A stretch of 64,000 nt of DNA. Source: Bifidobacterium breve. GTDB lineage: Bacteria; Actinomycetota; Thermoleophilia; Miltoncostaeales; Miltoncostaeaceae. The stretch is taken from NCBI GenBank assembly GCA_945861935.1, contig CAMAVU010000001.1, positions 45,845 through 109,844 on the forward strand. Direction: 5' to 3'. The notes below the pieces were generated by a model. The model was not told where the DNA came from. It did no database searches and saw only the letters and a list, made by a program, of their open reading frames with translations. Each line of letters begins with the position of its first letter. Positions within the stretch are counted from its first letter, which is position 1. Of the stretch, positions 25,173-33,781 are shown piece after piece. The position numbers were made by a program, and so were the translations under genes.

Positions 25173-27638
25173 TCATCGTCCCGATCCGCTGGCACGCGGG
25201 CGGAGGGTGATCCCCAGCGTCACGACGGAGAGGTCCGCTGCCGAGTGGTCGCGGAATCGCGGGTTCATCTCGGCAATCTGGCCGGTCGTGACGGACGGCG
25301 TGACCTCATCCCAGGAAGTCACTTGCCGCATCTCCGGTCCGACGCCGATGAGGAATGTGATTTCGGGATCGAAACCGGCATCCGCGGCGAGGCGGAGGTG
25401 GTCAGACGCACGCAGGCGATTCTCAGTGTTGATCAGCGCGTAGTCCTCGTCGGATGTGTAGAGGAAGCGAAGGGGTTCGGCTGTGTGGAGGTGGTCACGG
25501 AGGTCAATGCAGTGGAAGGCCACTGCGTCAGGACGCATCATGCGGTGCATGGCCGCGTACACGGCCTCGGGGTGCATCACATGTTCAAGCACCGAATTGG
25601 AGCACACGAAGTCCACGGAGCCGGGGCTGATGTTCATCGCCTCAAATGCTTCGTCGCCCCGCACGTCGAGGCCCTCGAACAGCACATCGTCGTGGGTTCC
25701 CTGACGGAGGTGGGGCGTCAGCGCAGCGACCAGGTGCGGCTCGGTGGCGCTCACGACAGACAGGAAGGGCGCCATCACGGAGTTCGGCATCCGGTGATCA
25801 ACACTCAGCAGGTCGTTGGCGATGACATGCTCGAACCCCTCGGCGAGTAGGCGGATGGCGGCCCAAGGGCGTTGACCGCATCCCAGAACGACGGCACGTG
25901 ACCCGCGACCGGCACGCTCGCGGGCATGTGTGAGCCACGGGAGGGCTTGCAGGAAGAAGTTGTTGAAGACGGTGTTGTTCGTGTGAGTGCTGGCGACGAA
26001 ACGTGAAAGGAGCGCCTCGTCTGTACCGGCGAGCCAATCGCCGTAGCCCCGGAGGAGGGCGTCAAGGAGCGCCGGCTCGGGGATCTCAACGGTGTACTCA
26101 CGGCCGTTGGTCCGGCAGTCCGAGCCGTCGGTGGATGAGAACATGACCCGGTCGCCCCATAGACAGAAGCGCCCGTGCCCGAGGGTGCGCACCTCTTCGT
26201 GCTGTGCATTCGGGGTGGTGAGGGGTACGCCGTCTTCGAACACCACGGTGCATGGCACGATACGGGGGTCCGCCAGAAGCCCCTTCGCCGCGGCCACCGG
26301 GAGAGGCGCGAGAACCGCGTATCCATTTTCGGAGATGAAGGGCCGGGAGAGCGACACCGTGCCCCACGCGGACACAACGGTAGGCGTATCGGTGACCACG
26401 AGTGCATACGTGCGCCCATTGGATCGGCAGTCCGTACCATCCGATGCGGCGAAGTAGATGTCGTCACCCCAGATGCTGAATCCGTTGCCATGTTCGCGGA
26501 TGGCAGCGTGAGGTACGTCGGCAAGGGAGAGCGCGACGCCGTTCTCTGTGACGTACGCCGTGTGTTGCGCTCCGTCATCAAGAAGTGTGCGCGCGACCGG
26601 CGGAAGGGACGTCCGGTAACTGAGTCCACCGTCCGGGATCAGTACCCCGTCGAGCGGGAAGGCATCCCCGACTGGCGGGGCTGATTGCTGTGGTTCGCGT
26701 CGGCGGCCACCGACGGTCGTCAACGCGCCGTTGTATTCCCGGCGCACTGCGCGGAGCGGTCGTGTGATGCGCCATGACGCCGACGAGGTCACGAGCGCGA
26801 GACCGGCGGTGGCGTCACGCTCCCGGGCCTCACTTTCGACGGCGATGCGTCGCGCGAGGTTCCGCTCGTGTGTCATCTGTTCCGTGGCACGCTGGAGGTC
26901 CGCGATCCGCTCGACAAGATCGCCTACGACATCGCTGGGCGCATCCTCGGCAGGGGTCGGTGTCGGCAGTGCTCGTCGGGTGTGCACCGGCCACTCATGA
27001 AGGTGACTTGTGCGGTTGTCGAGCCCCAGAAGGAGAGGATGTGCCTCGTGGGCGCGAAGGGCAAGGGGGAGCGTCAGCTGATCCCGTTGCGAGTACCGCA
27101 GGACGAGTGTCCACCATGTCTCCATCGCCCGAATGACGTCGGGGTGATGATGATGCCGGAGAATCATCCCGCCCCAGTACACGTCTCCGTTCAGGGCGGC
27201 GCTATCAACCGTGCGGACCATCGTGAGGTAGTCGGCCAGCACCGCAGGGGATTCCATGTGGAGGCGCGCGATCGCCTCTGCCTCGTCTCGCAGCGTGCCA
27301 TGGAACGAGTGCGTGTTGAGGGCAAGGCACGCCTCCGGGTTCGCGATGAACGCATTCAGCATGGCGTCGGGCGGGCACCGCAGGAGGACGCTGTTGTCGA
27401 TGTAGAGGGAGGTCTGGTACTCGGGCAGGTAGCGGTGCGGGAGGATCTTCGGGTGTCGTGAACTGCGACGGGTATCTGCCGGCAGGATCTTCTCGGTCAC
27501 CACCACGCGCCACGTAGCCGACGAGAGCGCGGAGTCGTCGGTGAAGCAGATGAAGTCGGTGCCCGATTGGTTCGCAACCTCCTGCTCGACGAGGGTCTCA
27601 TAGCCGCCGAAGAGACACGTGTAGACGCATGCACCCAT
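25173..27638 (-). CDS. multidomain protein: DUF616 (TOD1/MUCI70-like) glycosyltransferase, coiled coil, two novel tandem repeats, class I SAM methyltransferase
   Basis: The ATG at 27638 forms an ATGA overlap with the upstream epimerase stop. The DUF616 domain carries the motifs CLFGGYE, TDFICFTDD and RRSSRHPKILPH. A coiled coil (LVERIADLQRATEQMTHERNLARRIAVESEARE) is followed by SASWRITRPLR. Two roughly 57-aa repeats come next, and the C-terminal methyltransferase fold carries VVLGCGQRPW...FVCSNSVLEHV. Confidence 0.7.
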   Translation of the reverse strand: MGACVYTCLFGGYETLVEQEVANQSGTDFICFTDDSALSSATWRVVVTEKILPADTRRSSRHPKILPHRYLPEYQTSLYIDNSVLLRCPPDAMLNAFIANPEACLALNTHSFHGTLRDEAEAIARLHMESPAVLADYLTMVRTVDSAALNGDVYWGGMILRHHHHPDVIRAMETWWTLVLRYSQRDQLTLPLALRAHEAHPLLLGLDNRTSHLHEWPVHTRRALPTPTPAEDAPSDVVGDLVERIADLQRATEQMTHERNLARRIAVESEARERDATAGLALVTSSASWRITRPLRAVRREYNGALTTVGGRRREPQQSAPPVGDAFPLDGVLIPDGGLSYRTSLPPVARTLLDDGAQHTAYVTENGVALSLADVPHAAIREHGNGFSIWGDDIYFAASDGTDCRSNGRTYALVVTDTPTVVSAWGTVSLSRPFISENGYAVLAPLPVAAAKGLLADPRIVPCTVVFEDGVPLTTPNAQHEEVRTLGHGRFCLWGDRVMFSSTDGSDCRTNGREYTVEIPEPALLDALLRGYGDWLAGTDEALLSRFVASTHTNNTVFNNFFLQALPWLTHARERAGRGSRAVVLGCGQRPWAAIRLLAEGFEHVIANDLLSVDHRMPNSVMAPFLSVVSATEPHLVAALTPHLRQGTHDDVLFEGLDVRGDEAFEAMNISPGSVDFVCSNSVLEHVMHPEAVYAAMHRMMRPDAVAFHCIDLRDHLHTAEPLRFLYTSDEDYALINTENRLRASDHLRLAADAGFDPEITFLIGVGPEMRQVTSWDEVTPSVTTGQIAEMNPRFRDHSAADLSVVTLGITLRPRASGSGR
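26079..26564 (-). repeat. intragenic tandem duplication encoding two roughly 57-aa modules
   Basis: Copy 1 (26391-26564): AYVTENGVALSLADVPHAAIREHGNGFSIWGDDIYFAASDGTDCRSNGRTYALVV. Copy 2 (26079-26255): CTVVFEDGVPLTTPNAQHEEVRTLGHGRFCLWGDRVMFSSTDGSDCRTNGREYTVEI. Shared pattern: E-[DN]-G-V-x-L...H...[IV]R..G.G.F..WGD...F..[ST]DG[ST]DCR[ST]NGR.Y. Confidence 0.6.
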
Positions 27639-28591
27639 CAGACCGAAACGGGCTCGCGGGATCGATGCCATGCGACCTGCTCGATGATGCCCTCGCGGAG
27701 TGGTATGCGCGGCTCCCAACCGAGCATCGCACGGGCCTGTGTCGTGTCGGCACCGGTGCGTCTGACATCACCCGGCTGATCCCCACCCGGCTCGATGATG
27801 ATCGGCCTCCCCACCACCTCCTCGATGAGGCCGATCAGTTCCCGCATGCTCACGATGCTCCCGCCGCCGAGGTTGAGGACGGAGCCCGGAGCGATGTCCG
27901 CGGCAGCGGCGAGCACATTGGCCTCCACGATGTCATCGACGAACGTGAAATCGCGTTCTTGCGACCCATCGCCGTTGAGGATGAATGAGCCGCGGCCGAG
28001 GGCACACTCGATCAGCCTGTAGGTGGCCATATCCGGGCGCTGCCGCGGGCCATACACGGTGAAGTAGCGAAGTGACACCGTGCTCAGCGAGTGATTCGCC
28101 GCGTAAAGGTTGACGAGGTGCTCGCCCGCCAGCTTGGTGACCCCGTACGGGCTCCGCGGCACGGGCAGCGACTTCTCGGTGAACGGGAAGTCGTCACTGT
28201 CCCCGTACACGGAGGAACTGGAGGCGTAGACGAAGCGCTGAACACCGGCCCGGATGGCCGCCTCAAGCAGGATCTGAGTGGCCAGAATGTTGTCCCGGAC
28301 ATAGACCGCGAAGCCTCCGCCCCAACTGGCCCGGACGCCAGGCTGCCCAGCCTGGTGGAAGACGGCGTCCGCGCCCTCGATGAGCGCAGGGAGATCGGCA
28401 GTCAGGAGATCCTCGATACGGACGCGGACCCCCGCTTCCTCGATCGTGCGGACCGATCGCCTCTTGATGTCCGGGTCGTAGTAGTCCGAGAGTCGGTCAA
28501 TGCATATGACATCCCACCCCTCGTCGCGCAGCCGTTGCGCGAGTGTGCTGCCGATGAAGCCCGCACCTCCTGTCACCACGGCCTTCGGCAC
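27638..28591 (-). CDS. NAD-dependent nucleotide-sugar epimerase/dehydratase (extended SDR; possibly UDP-uronate 4-epimerase-like)
   Basis: 317 aa with VVTGGAGFIGS, the catalytic YGVTK (YxxxK) and FTVYGPRQRPDMA. GTG start at 28591. Confidence 0.85.
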   Translation of the reverse strand: MPKAVVTGGAGFIGSTLAQRLRDEGWDVICIDRLSDYYDPDIKRRSVRTIEEAGVRVRIEDLLTADLPALIEGADAVFHQAGQPGVRASWGGGFAVYVRDNILATQILLEAAIRAGVQRFVYASSSSVYGDSDDFPFTEKSLPVPRSPYGVTKLAGEHLVNLYAANHSLSTVSLRYFTVYGPRQRPDMATYRLIECALGRGSFILNGDGSQERDFTFVDDIVEANVLAAAADIAPGSVLNLGGGSIVSMRELIGLIEEVVGRPIIIEPGGDQPGDVRRTGADTTQARAMLGWEPRIPLREGIIEQVAWHRSREPVSV

Positions 28592-28678
28592 TCGCGCCTC
28601 CGCTGGTCGGACCGCTGCGGACCGCGGGCAACAGCGGAGCGGCGGATCGTTGCCATTCCTGTCAGTCTACTGCCCCAG

Positions 28679-31600
28679 ATGTGTGGCATCGCTGGCATTC
28701 TCCTCGGCACCGATGGCGCTGGTGACCCTGAGCGTGTTCGGGCTCTCGTCGGCACCATGACGGAGTCACTGGCCCATCGTGGGCCCGATGCCAGCGGTAT
28801 CTGGGCCGACCCGGCGCATCGGTGTGTGTTCGGTCACCGGCGGCTCAGCATCGTCGACCTATCGGAGACGGGTGCACAGCCGATGTCGGCGCCGTCAACG
28901 CCGTGGGTGCTCACTTTCAACGGTGAGATCTACAACTTCCCTCTTATCCGCGTCGAACTCGAGCGCGCGGGAGTGGTATTCAGCGGGCGATCCGACACCG
29001 AGGTCCTCCTTCAGGCCATCACGGCGTGGGGTGAGGACGCCGTCGCGCGTCTTGACGGCATGTTCGCCTTCGCGGCCTTCAATCGCCACACCGGCGAGAC
29101 GCTGCTTGCGCGCGATCCCTTCGGGGAGAAGCCGCTCTATTACTGCGACGCCGGGTCCGCCGGGCTCGCGTTTGCCAGCGAGATCCGGGCCCTCGAACGC
29201 CTCCCTTGGTTTCGGCGCGAGGTCTCGGCCGATCGTCTCGCCGAGATGCTGATGTTCCAGTACGTGGGCGCCCCACGCACGATCTACGACGCCGTGTCGC
29301 AGGTCCCACCCGGCCACACCATGCACGTCGACCGTCGTGGACGACGTCGGGTCACGCGGTACTTCGCGTATGAGCCGGGTGTTGTCGAAGACGACGGGCG
29401 TCCCCTCTGGGCAGCCGCCGACGAGGTGGAGGATCTCCTGGCTGCGAGCCTGGAGCGTCGCATGGTTGCCGACGTGCCCCTTGGTGCGCTGCTGTCGGGG
29501 GGTGTGGACAGCGCGACGGTGTGCGCACTTGCCACGCGTCGGTTGGGTATACCCCTGGCGACGTTCTCCCTGGGATTCCGGGGTGCGCCGGAGTCCGAGA
29601 CCGAAGTGGCCGCAGCCATTGCCCGGGAGATCGGGAGCGATCACCATGAGTTGGTGGTCGATGGATCCGCAGTGGACTTCCTCCGTGAGATCGGCGACGT
29701 ACTCGATGAGCCGAACGGCGACGTTTCGTGTTTTCCGACGTACCTTCTCTCGCGGCTCGTCCGGGAGCATGTGACGGTCGCGATTTCCGGTGATGGCGGC
29801 GACGAGATGTTCGGGGGATACTCGAGATATCTGAACACACTCAACGATCTCCAGCGCCGACCGCGGGGCCGGTTCGGGTCGGAGTACTACGGCTCCGCCG
29901 TTCTGGTGATGAGTGACTTGGAGATTCGGGCGCTCTTCGGCTTGGTACCAGAGGGCCTGCGCGCTCATCTCCGGAGCCTGCGTGGCTCTCTTGAGGCCCA
30001 GCGCGGCACGCCATTGGCTGCCATGCGGGCCACCGACGCTGCCAACTACATGCCCGGTGCCGTGCTTGCGAAGGTGGACCGGATGAGCATGCAGCATTCC
30101 CTCGAGGTCCGGACGCCCTTTCTCAACGTGGACCTCGTGCGCTGCGCTGCCGGGCTTCCGCCGAGGCTGCTGGTGGGGGGCGGCTACGGCAAGCTGGTCC
30201 TCCGCGAGGTTGCAGCGCGCTATCTCCCGCGTGAGATCGTTGACCTCCCCAAGAAGGGCTTCGGCCTTCCTTCGCAGGACTGGGCGCGCGGGCCGATTCA
30301 GTCCGTTGCACGTGATCGGCTCCTCGGCCCCGGGAGTCGACTGGCGGGGATCGTCGGGTTCGACAGGATGCGCCAGTTCCTCATGCGCCCCTATCGGCTG
30401 GAGCCGCTGTGGGCCCTGGTGGCGCTGGAGTCGTGGCTCCGCGTCCATGATCCCGACGTGACGGGGCTGACCCCCGCCGTTGCCCCCGGCCGTGTGGGTG
30501 GATCACCTCGCGTTGCACGCCGGGCGCGCTGGCTCAGTTCCGAGACGCTCATCGTGGTTGATGACGCGTTTCAGTCGTCGCGATCCGAGCCGGAGGCTGA
30601 TGGCTGCAGCGGTATCGGGCGCGGGGTGACCGGGCGGGCACTGAACGTCCTGCGCGCGTTGCGCCCCATACTCAGATCCGAGGCTCCTGCGTCGGACGGT
30701 ACATGGGTTGATCTGCCACCGGACGACACCCTCGGGGCCGCCCTGCAGCGCGGAGGCCTCTCCGTGACGCACGCCCGAGTCGTCTGGTTCCGTGCTGATG
30801 CCTTGGTGAGCCAAGGTCCCCGAAGCCAACTCGCCCGTGTCGCGTCCTGGCTGAGATACCGGCTTCTGTACGGGAGCGTTGCGCGGGACGTGGGGAACAC
30901 CCGATCGCTCATCATCGTCAATCCCTTCGATGACTCGTGTGACCTTCCGGTGGTCACTCACAAGCGGCGCGTTGTGCCGGCCCGGGTGGGCAGGCGCATC
31001 GTCCGCTATGTCCCATCTTGGTGGCGCCCGGAGGTGGGGGTGCCGCCCCGCTCCCTGCCCTGGCGTGTGTCGCAGGACCTTGTCGGCTTGCCGCAGGTCC
31101 CCACCGCCAGCTCTGGACCGTTGCGCCGAGCGCTCATCGTCACCCATGCCCTTCCCTCCGGCGGTGCCGAGAGGCAGTGGTGTTACCTTGCCGCTGGGCT
31201 CAGGGCACGCGGGGTGGACGCGCGGCTGGTAACCACTCACCCGTTGGTGGGGCCGGACGCGCACTATCTGCCGCTCGCCGAGAACGCCGGTGTGCCGATC
31301 ACAGAGTTGCCGGACATCTCGGTGGGGGACCTCCTCACCGGTGTCACCGGCGAGGACCTATGCGCCGAGGTCCAGGGAGCCGACGAGGGGGAGTTCCGGG
31401 ATCTCGCGCTGCGACTGTCAGCGATGTGCCGTAAGAATCACCCCGACGCCCTGTTTGCCCAACTTGATCTCACCAATGTGGTCACGGCGTTCACCGGGGT
31501 CCGCGTGGGCGTTCCGCGGACCGTTTTGTCCTTCCGGAACTACAACCCCGACAACTTCTCATATCTCCGGAACGCTTGGTACCGCGATGTCTATCGCAGC

Positions 31601-32335
31601 TTGTCGACATGCCCGGACGTGCGGCTCGCGGGGAATTCCCGCGCTGGTAATGACGACTACGCTTCATGGTTGGGACTCCCCCGGCGGAAGGTCGCATTCA
31701 TCCCGAATGCCATTGACCAGGCGACAATCGGTCTCGGTGCCCCGAATGGGCTGCCCGATCGTACGGCGACCCGTCGTGCCCTGGGTCTGGACCCGGATGC
31801 ACCCATCGTGTTGGGCGCGTTTCGGCTGTCAGAGGAGAAGCGCGTGAGCCTCTTCGTCGAGGTGTGCGCACGGGTCCGGGAGCATGTCCCTGAGGTGCGT
31901 GTGCTCGTGGTGGGCAGGGGCCCCCAGGAAGACATCCTTCGGCATGCGATCTCGTGCCACGCGGTGGAGGACGTGGTCACCATTCTCGGTGCGCGGACCG
32001 ATATGGAGGCACTGTTCGCATCGGCGGACGTGCTGCTTCTCACGAGTCGTTTCGAGGGGATGCCCAACGTGGCCGCCGAGGCGCAGGCGCTGGGCGTGCC
32101 GGTGGTCGGGCCGCGTGTCGGTGCACTGCCCGATCTGCTGGATGACGGCCGCACGGGGATTGTGTGCGAGGACGACAGCGCCCGCACGCTTGCTGCGGCG
32201 GTTGCCCGGGTTCTGTGCGAGCGCGATCTGTGGCGGGCACGCACCGAGGAGGCCGCGGCTGCCTTCGCGGAGCGCTATTCGATCGACAGAATGGTTGATG
32301 CCTACATTGATCTGGCATCCGCGTCAGCCACCTGA
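28679..32335 (+). CDS. fusion protein: glutamine-hydrolysing asparagine synthase (AsnB)-like amidotransferase, linker, GT4 glycosyltransferase
   Basis: The ATG at 28679 gives MCGIAGIL (Ntn Cys2). The AsnB body carries LSGGVDS (PP-loop) and runs to about 30450. No stop occurs in this frame until 32335. The C-terminal roughly 400 aa form a GT-B domain (ALIVTHALPSGGAERQ..., SRFEGMPNVAAEAQALGVPVVG, GRTGIV). The track start at 28091 is antisense to the epimerase and was rejected. Confidence 0.8.
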   Translation: MCGIAGILLGTDGAGDPERVRALVGTMTESLAHRGPDASGIWADPAHRCVFGHRRLSIVDLSETGAQPMSAPSTPWVLTFNGEIYNFPLIRVELERAGVVFSGRSDTEVLLQAITAWGEDAVARLDGMFAFAAFNRHTGETLLARDPFGEKPLYYCDAGSAGLAFASEIRALERLPWFRREVSADRLAEMLMFQYVGAPRTIYDAVSQVPPGHTMHVDRRGRRRVTRYFAYEPGVVEDDGRPLWAAADEVEDLLAASLERRMVADVPLGALLSGGVDSATVCALATRRLGIPLATFSLGFRGAPESETEVAAAIAREIGSDHHELVVDGSAVDFLREIGDVLDEPNGDVSCFPTYLLSRLVREHVTVAISGDGGDEMFGGYSRYLNTLNDLQRRPRGRFGSEYYGSAVLVMSDLEIRALFGLVPEGLRAHLRSLRGSLEAQRGTPLAAMRATDAANYMPGAVLAKVDRMSMQHSLEVRTPFLNVDLVRCAAGLPPRLLVGGGYGKLVLREVAARYLPREIVDLPKKGFGLPSQDWARGPIQSVARDRLLGPGSRLAGIVGFDRMRQFLMRPYRLEPLWALVALESWLRVHDPDVTGLTPAVAPGRVGGSPRVARRARWLSSETLIVVDDAFQSSRSEPEADGCSGIGRGVTGRALNVLRALRPILRSEAPASDGTWVDLPPDDTLGAALQRGGLSVTHARVVWFRADALVSQGPRSQLARVASWLRYRLLYGSVARDVGNTRSLIIVNPFDDSCDLPVVTHKRRVVPARVGRRIVRYVPSWWRPEVGVPPRSLPWRVSQDLVGLPQVPTASSGPLRRALIVTHALPSGGAERQWCYLAAGLRARGVDARLVTTHPLVGPDAHYLPLAENAGVPITELPDISVGDLLTGVTGEDLCAEVQGADEGEFRDLALRLSAMCRKNHPDALFAQLDLTNVVTAFTGVRVGVPRTVLSFRNYNPDNFSYLRNAWYRDVYRSLSTCPDVRLAGNSRAGNDDYASWLGLPRRKVAFIPNAIDQATIGLGAPNGLPDRTATRRALGLDPDAPIVLGAFRLSEEKRVSLFVEVCARVREHVPEVRVLVVGRGPQEDILRHAISCHAVEDVVTILGARTDMEALFASADVLLLTSRFEGMPNVAAEAQALGVPVVGPRVGALPDLLDDGRTGIVCEDDSARTLAAAVARVLCERDLWRARTEEAAAAFAERYSIDRMVDAYIDLASASAT

Positions 32336-33717
32336 TTCTCACCGGGCTGGTCCTCCCGGGACAGATGGAGGACGGCGATGGCGGAGATGACCACCGCCAC
32401 GAAGTAGAACGGCCACGCTTTGCGCGGGTGGGAGTTCCAGATATCCATGTACGACAGGACGAAGGAAATCCACGCTCCCGTCGCGAGTGAAACCATTACG
32501 CCGCTTCCCCGGGGACGGATCCTCAGGCGCCGCCGGACCGCGGGGATTGTGGAGGTGACGCCCGCAAGGGCTACGAGCCACGCCGCGAGCCAGAAGAGAG
32601 CGATGTTGTTACCTGTTGTGGCGTCGGTCGTGTAGTAGACCGGGTTGACGATGGCCGGGACCACAGTGCGGGTTCCGGGGAAGACCCACGCTGAGGACGC
32701 TTGGGCCGCTCCCTGCACAGCCCAGGTCATGGCGCTGTCGGGGTTGCCGCGCCAGTAGGAGACGGGGACCGCGAGGTAGTTCTCCTCGATCCACGCGAGC
32801 CCGTTGGGCCCGCATGTCTCGATGGCGGTGGAACCGAGAGCATTCCAGTCCGTGATGGCGGGGTTGAACTCGCGTAGGCACCGCGGGGCATCATCGGGGA
32901 GTTCGGCGACGACATCCGCGCTGAAGAGGGGGTTCAGGGCTGGCGAGATGGCGAAGAGGGTCCGGTACACCCGCTCTGATGCGGGACCCCACGCCCGGCT
33001 CTGGTTCGCCGATACATGCTGGATGTAGACGCCGCACCCGACGAGGAGGATGACGCCTCCCGCGATGGTGACCCAGCGGTGGACGGCTGAGCGAATCGGG
33101 CCGTGCCGGATCAGCGACACGAGAAGAACCCCGAGCACTGCGATGAGGACGACCACGCCCGTGATCCTGATGACCGAGAGCATGACCGCGAGCGCCAGTG
33201 CGGCGGTGGAGGAGGCGACGTCGCGACGGTGCCATCCCGCAGCGCGCACCCTGCGGGCGAGGTTCACTGTGAGGCCCACCACAACCAGGGCAATGATGTA
33301 GGCGATGCCCTCGGCTCCGATCGTGAGCACGTGTGTCAGGGCGGTACCCGTCAGCGCAAACAGATATATGAACGCACGCCCGGCAATCTGCAGGTGCGGC
33401 CCGAGCGGAGCAGTCATGGCCCGCGCGACGAACACCGTCGCGAGCATCGCGATGACCCACTGGGCGGTGATACGCCCGTCATTCCCGAGCAGGCCATCGC
33501 CGCCGGGAAAGAGTGAGTAGAAGAGGGTTGCCGGCCACGCCCGAAAGGCATCACCGGCAAGACTCAACCCCCCCCAACTACCGATCGGGTGACCACCACC
33601 TGTGGCCCCGGTGGGATCCGTGAACTCTTCTCCGCTACGCAGGTAGCCGCCCGAGTCGCCGGTGATGATGGGTGTGAGTGAGTACACCGCTGATGCGGCG
33701 TACGCGAGCATGAACAT
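32302..33717 (-). CDS. polytopic membrane protein with large extracytoplasmic loop (candidate polymerase or GT-C-like enzyme)
   Basis: About 470 aa from the ATG at 33717 (MFMLAYAASAVYSL); an upstream in-frame TTG is also possible. It has about 10 TM segments and a roughly 110-aa Cys-containing loop (PRCLREFNPAITDW...ETCGPNGLAW). It is last in the SDR-methyltransferase operon. I recognise no family motif. Confidence 0.55.
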   Translation of the reverse strand: MFMLAYAASAVYSLTPIITGDSGGYLRSGEEFTDPTGATGGGHPIGSWGGLSLAGDAFRAWPATLFYSLFPGGDGLLGNDGRITAQWVIAMLATVFVARAMTAPLGPHLQIAGRAFIYLFALTGTALTHVLTIGAEGIAYIIALVVVGLTVNLARRVRAAGWHRRDVASSTAALALAVMLSVIRITGVVVLIAVLGVLLVSLIRHGPIRSAVHRWVTIAGGVILLVGCGVYIQHVSANQSRAWGPASERVYRTLFAISPALNPLFSADVVAELPDDAPRCLREFNPAITDWNALGSTAIETCGPNGLAWIEENYLAVPVSYWRGNPDSAMTWAVQGAAQASSAWVFPGTRTVVPAIVNPVYYTTDATTGNNIALFWLAAWLVALAGVTSTIPAVRRRLRIRPRGSGVMVSLATGAWISFVLSYMDIWNSHPRKAWPFYFVAVVISAIAVLHLSREDQPGENQVADADARSM

Positions 33718-33781
33718 CCAGTCGAACCACCGCAACGTTCTGAGGTGGTCGGCGATCCGGCTCCCGCCAGCCCGGCATCTA

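Noticed and set aside
28895-30448. 517-aa minus-strand ORF inside the AsnB region, and similar antisense ORFs (59885-61183, 61896-63209, 45104-46408, 55921-57252)
   Set aside because: Each is antisense to a gene with clear family motifs, and the composition is dominated by Arg, Pro, Gly and His.
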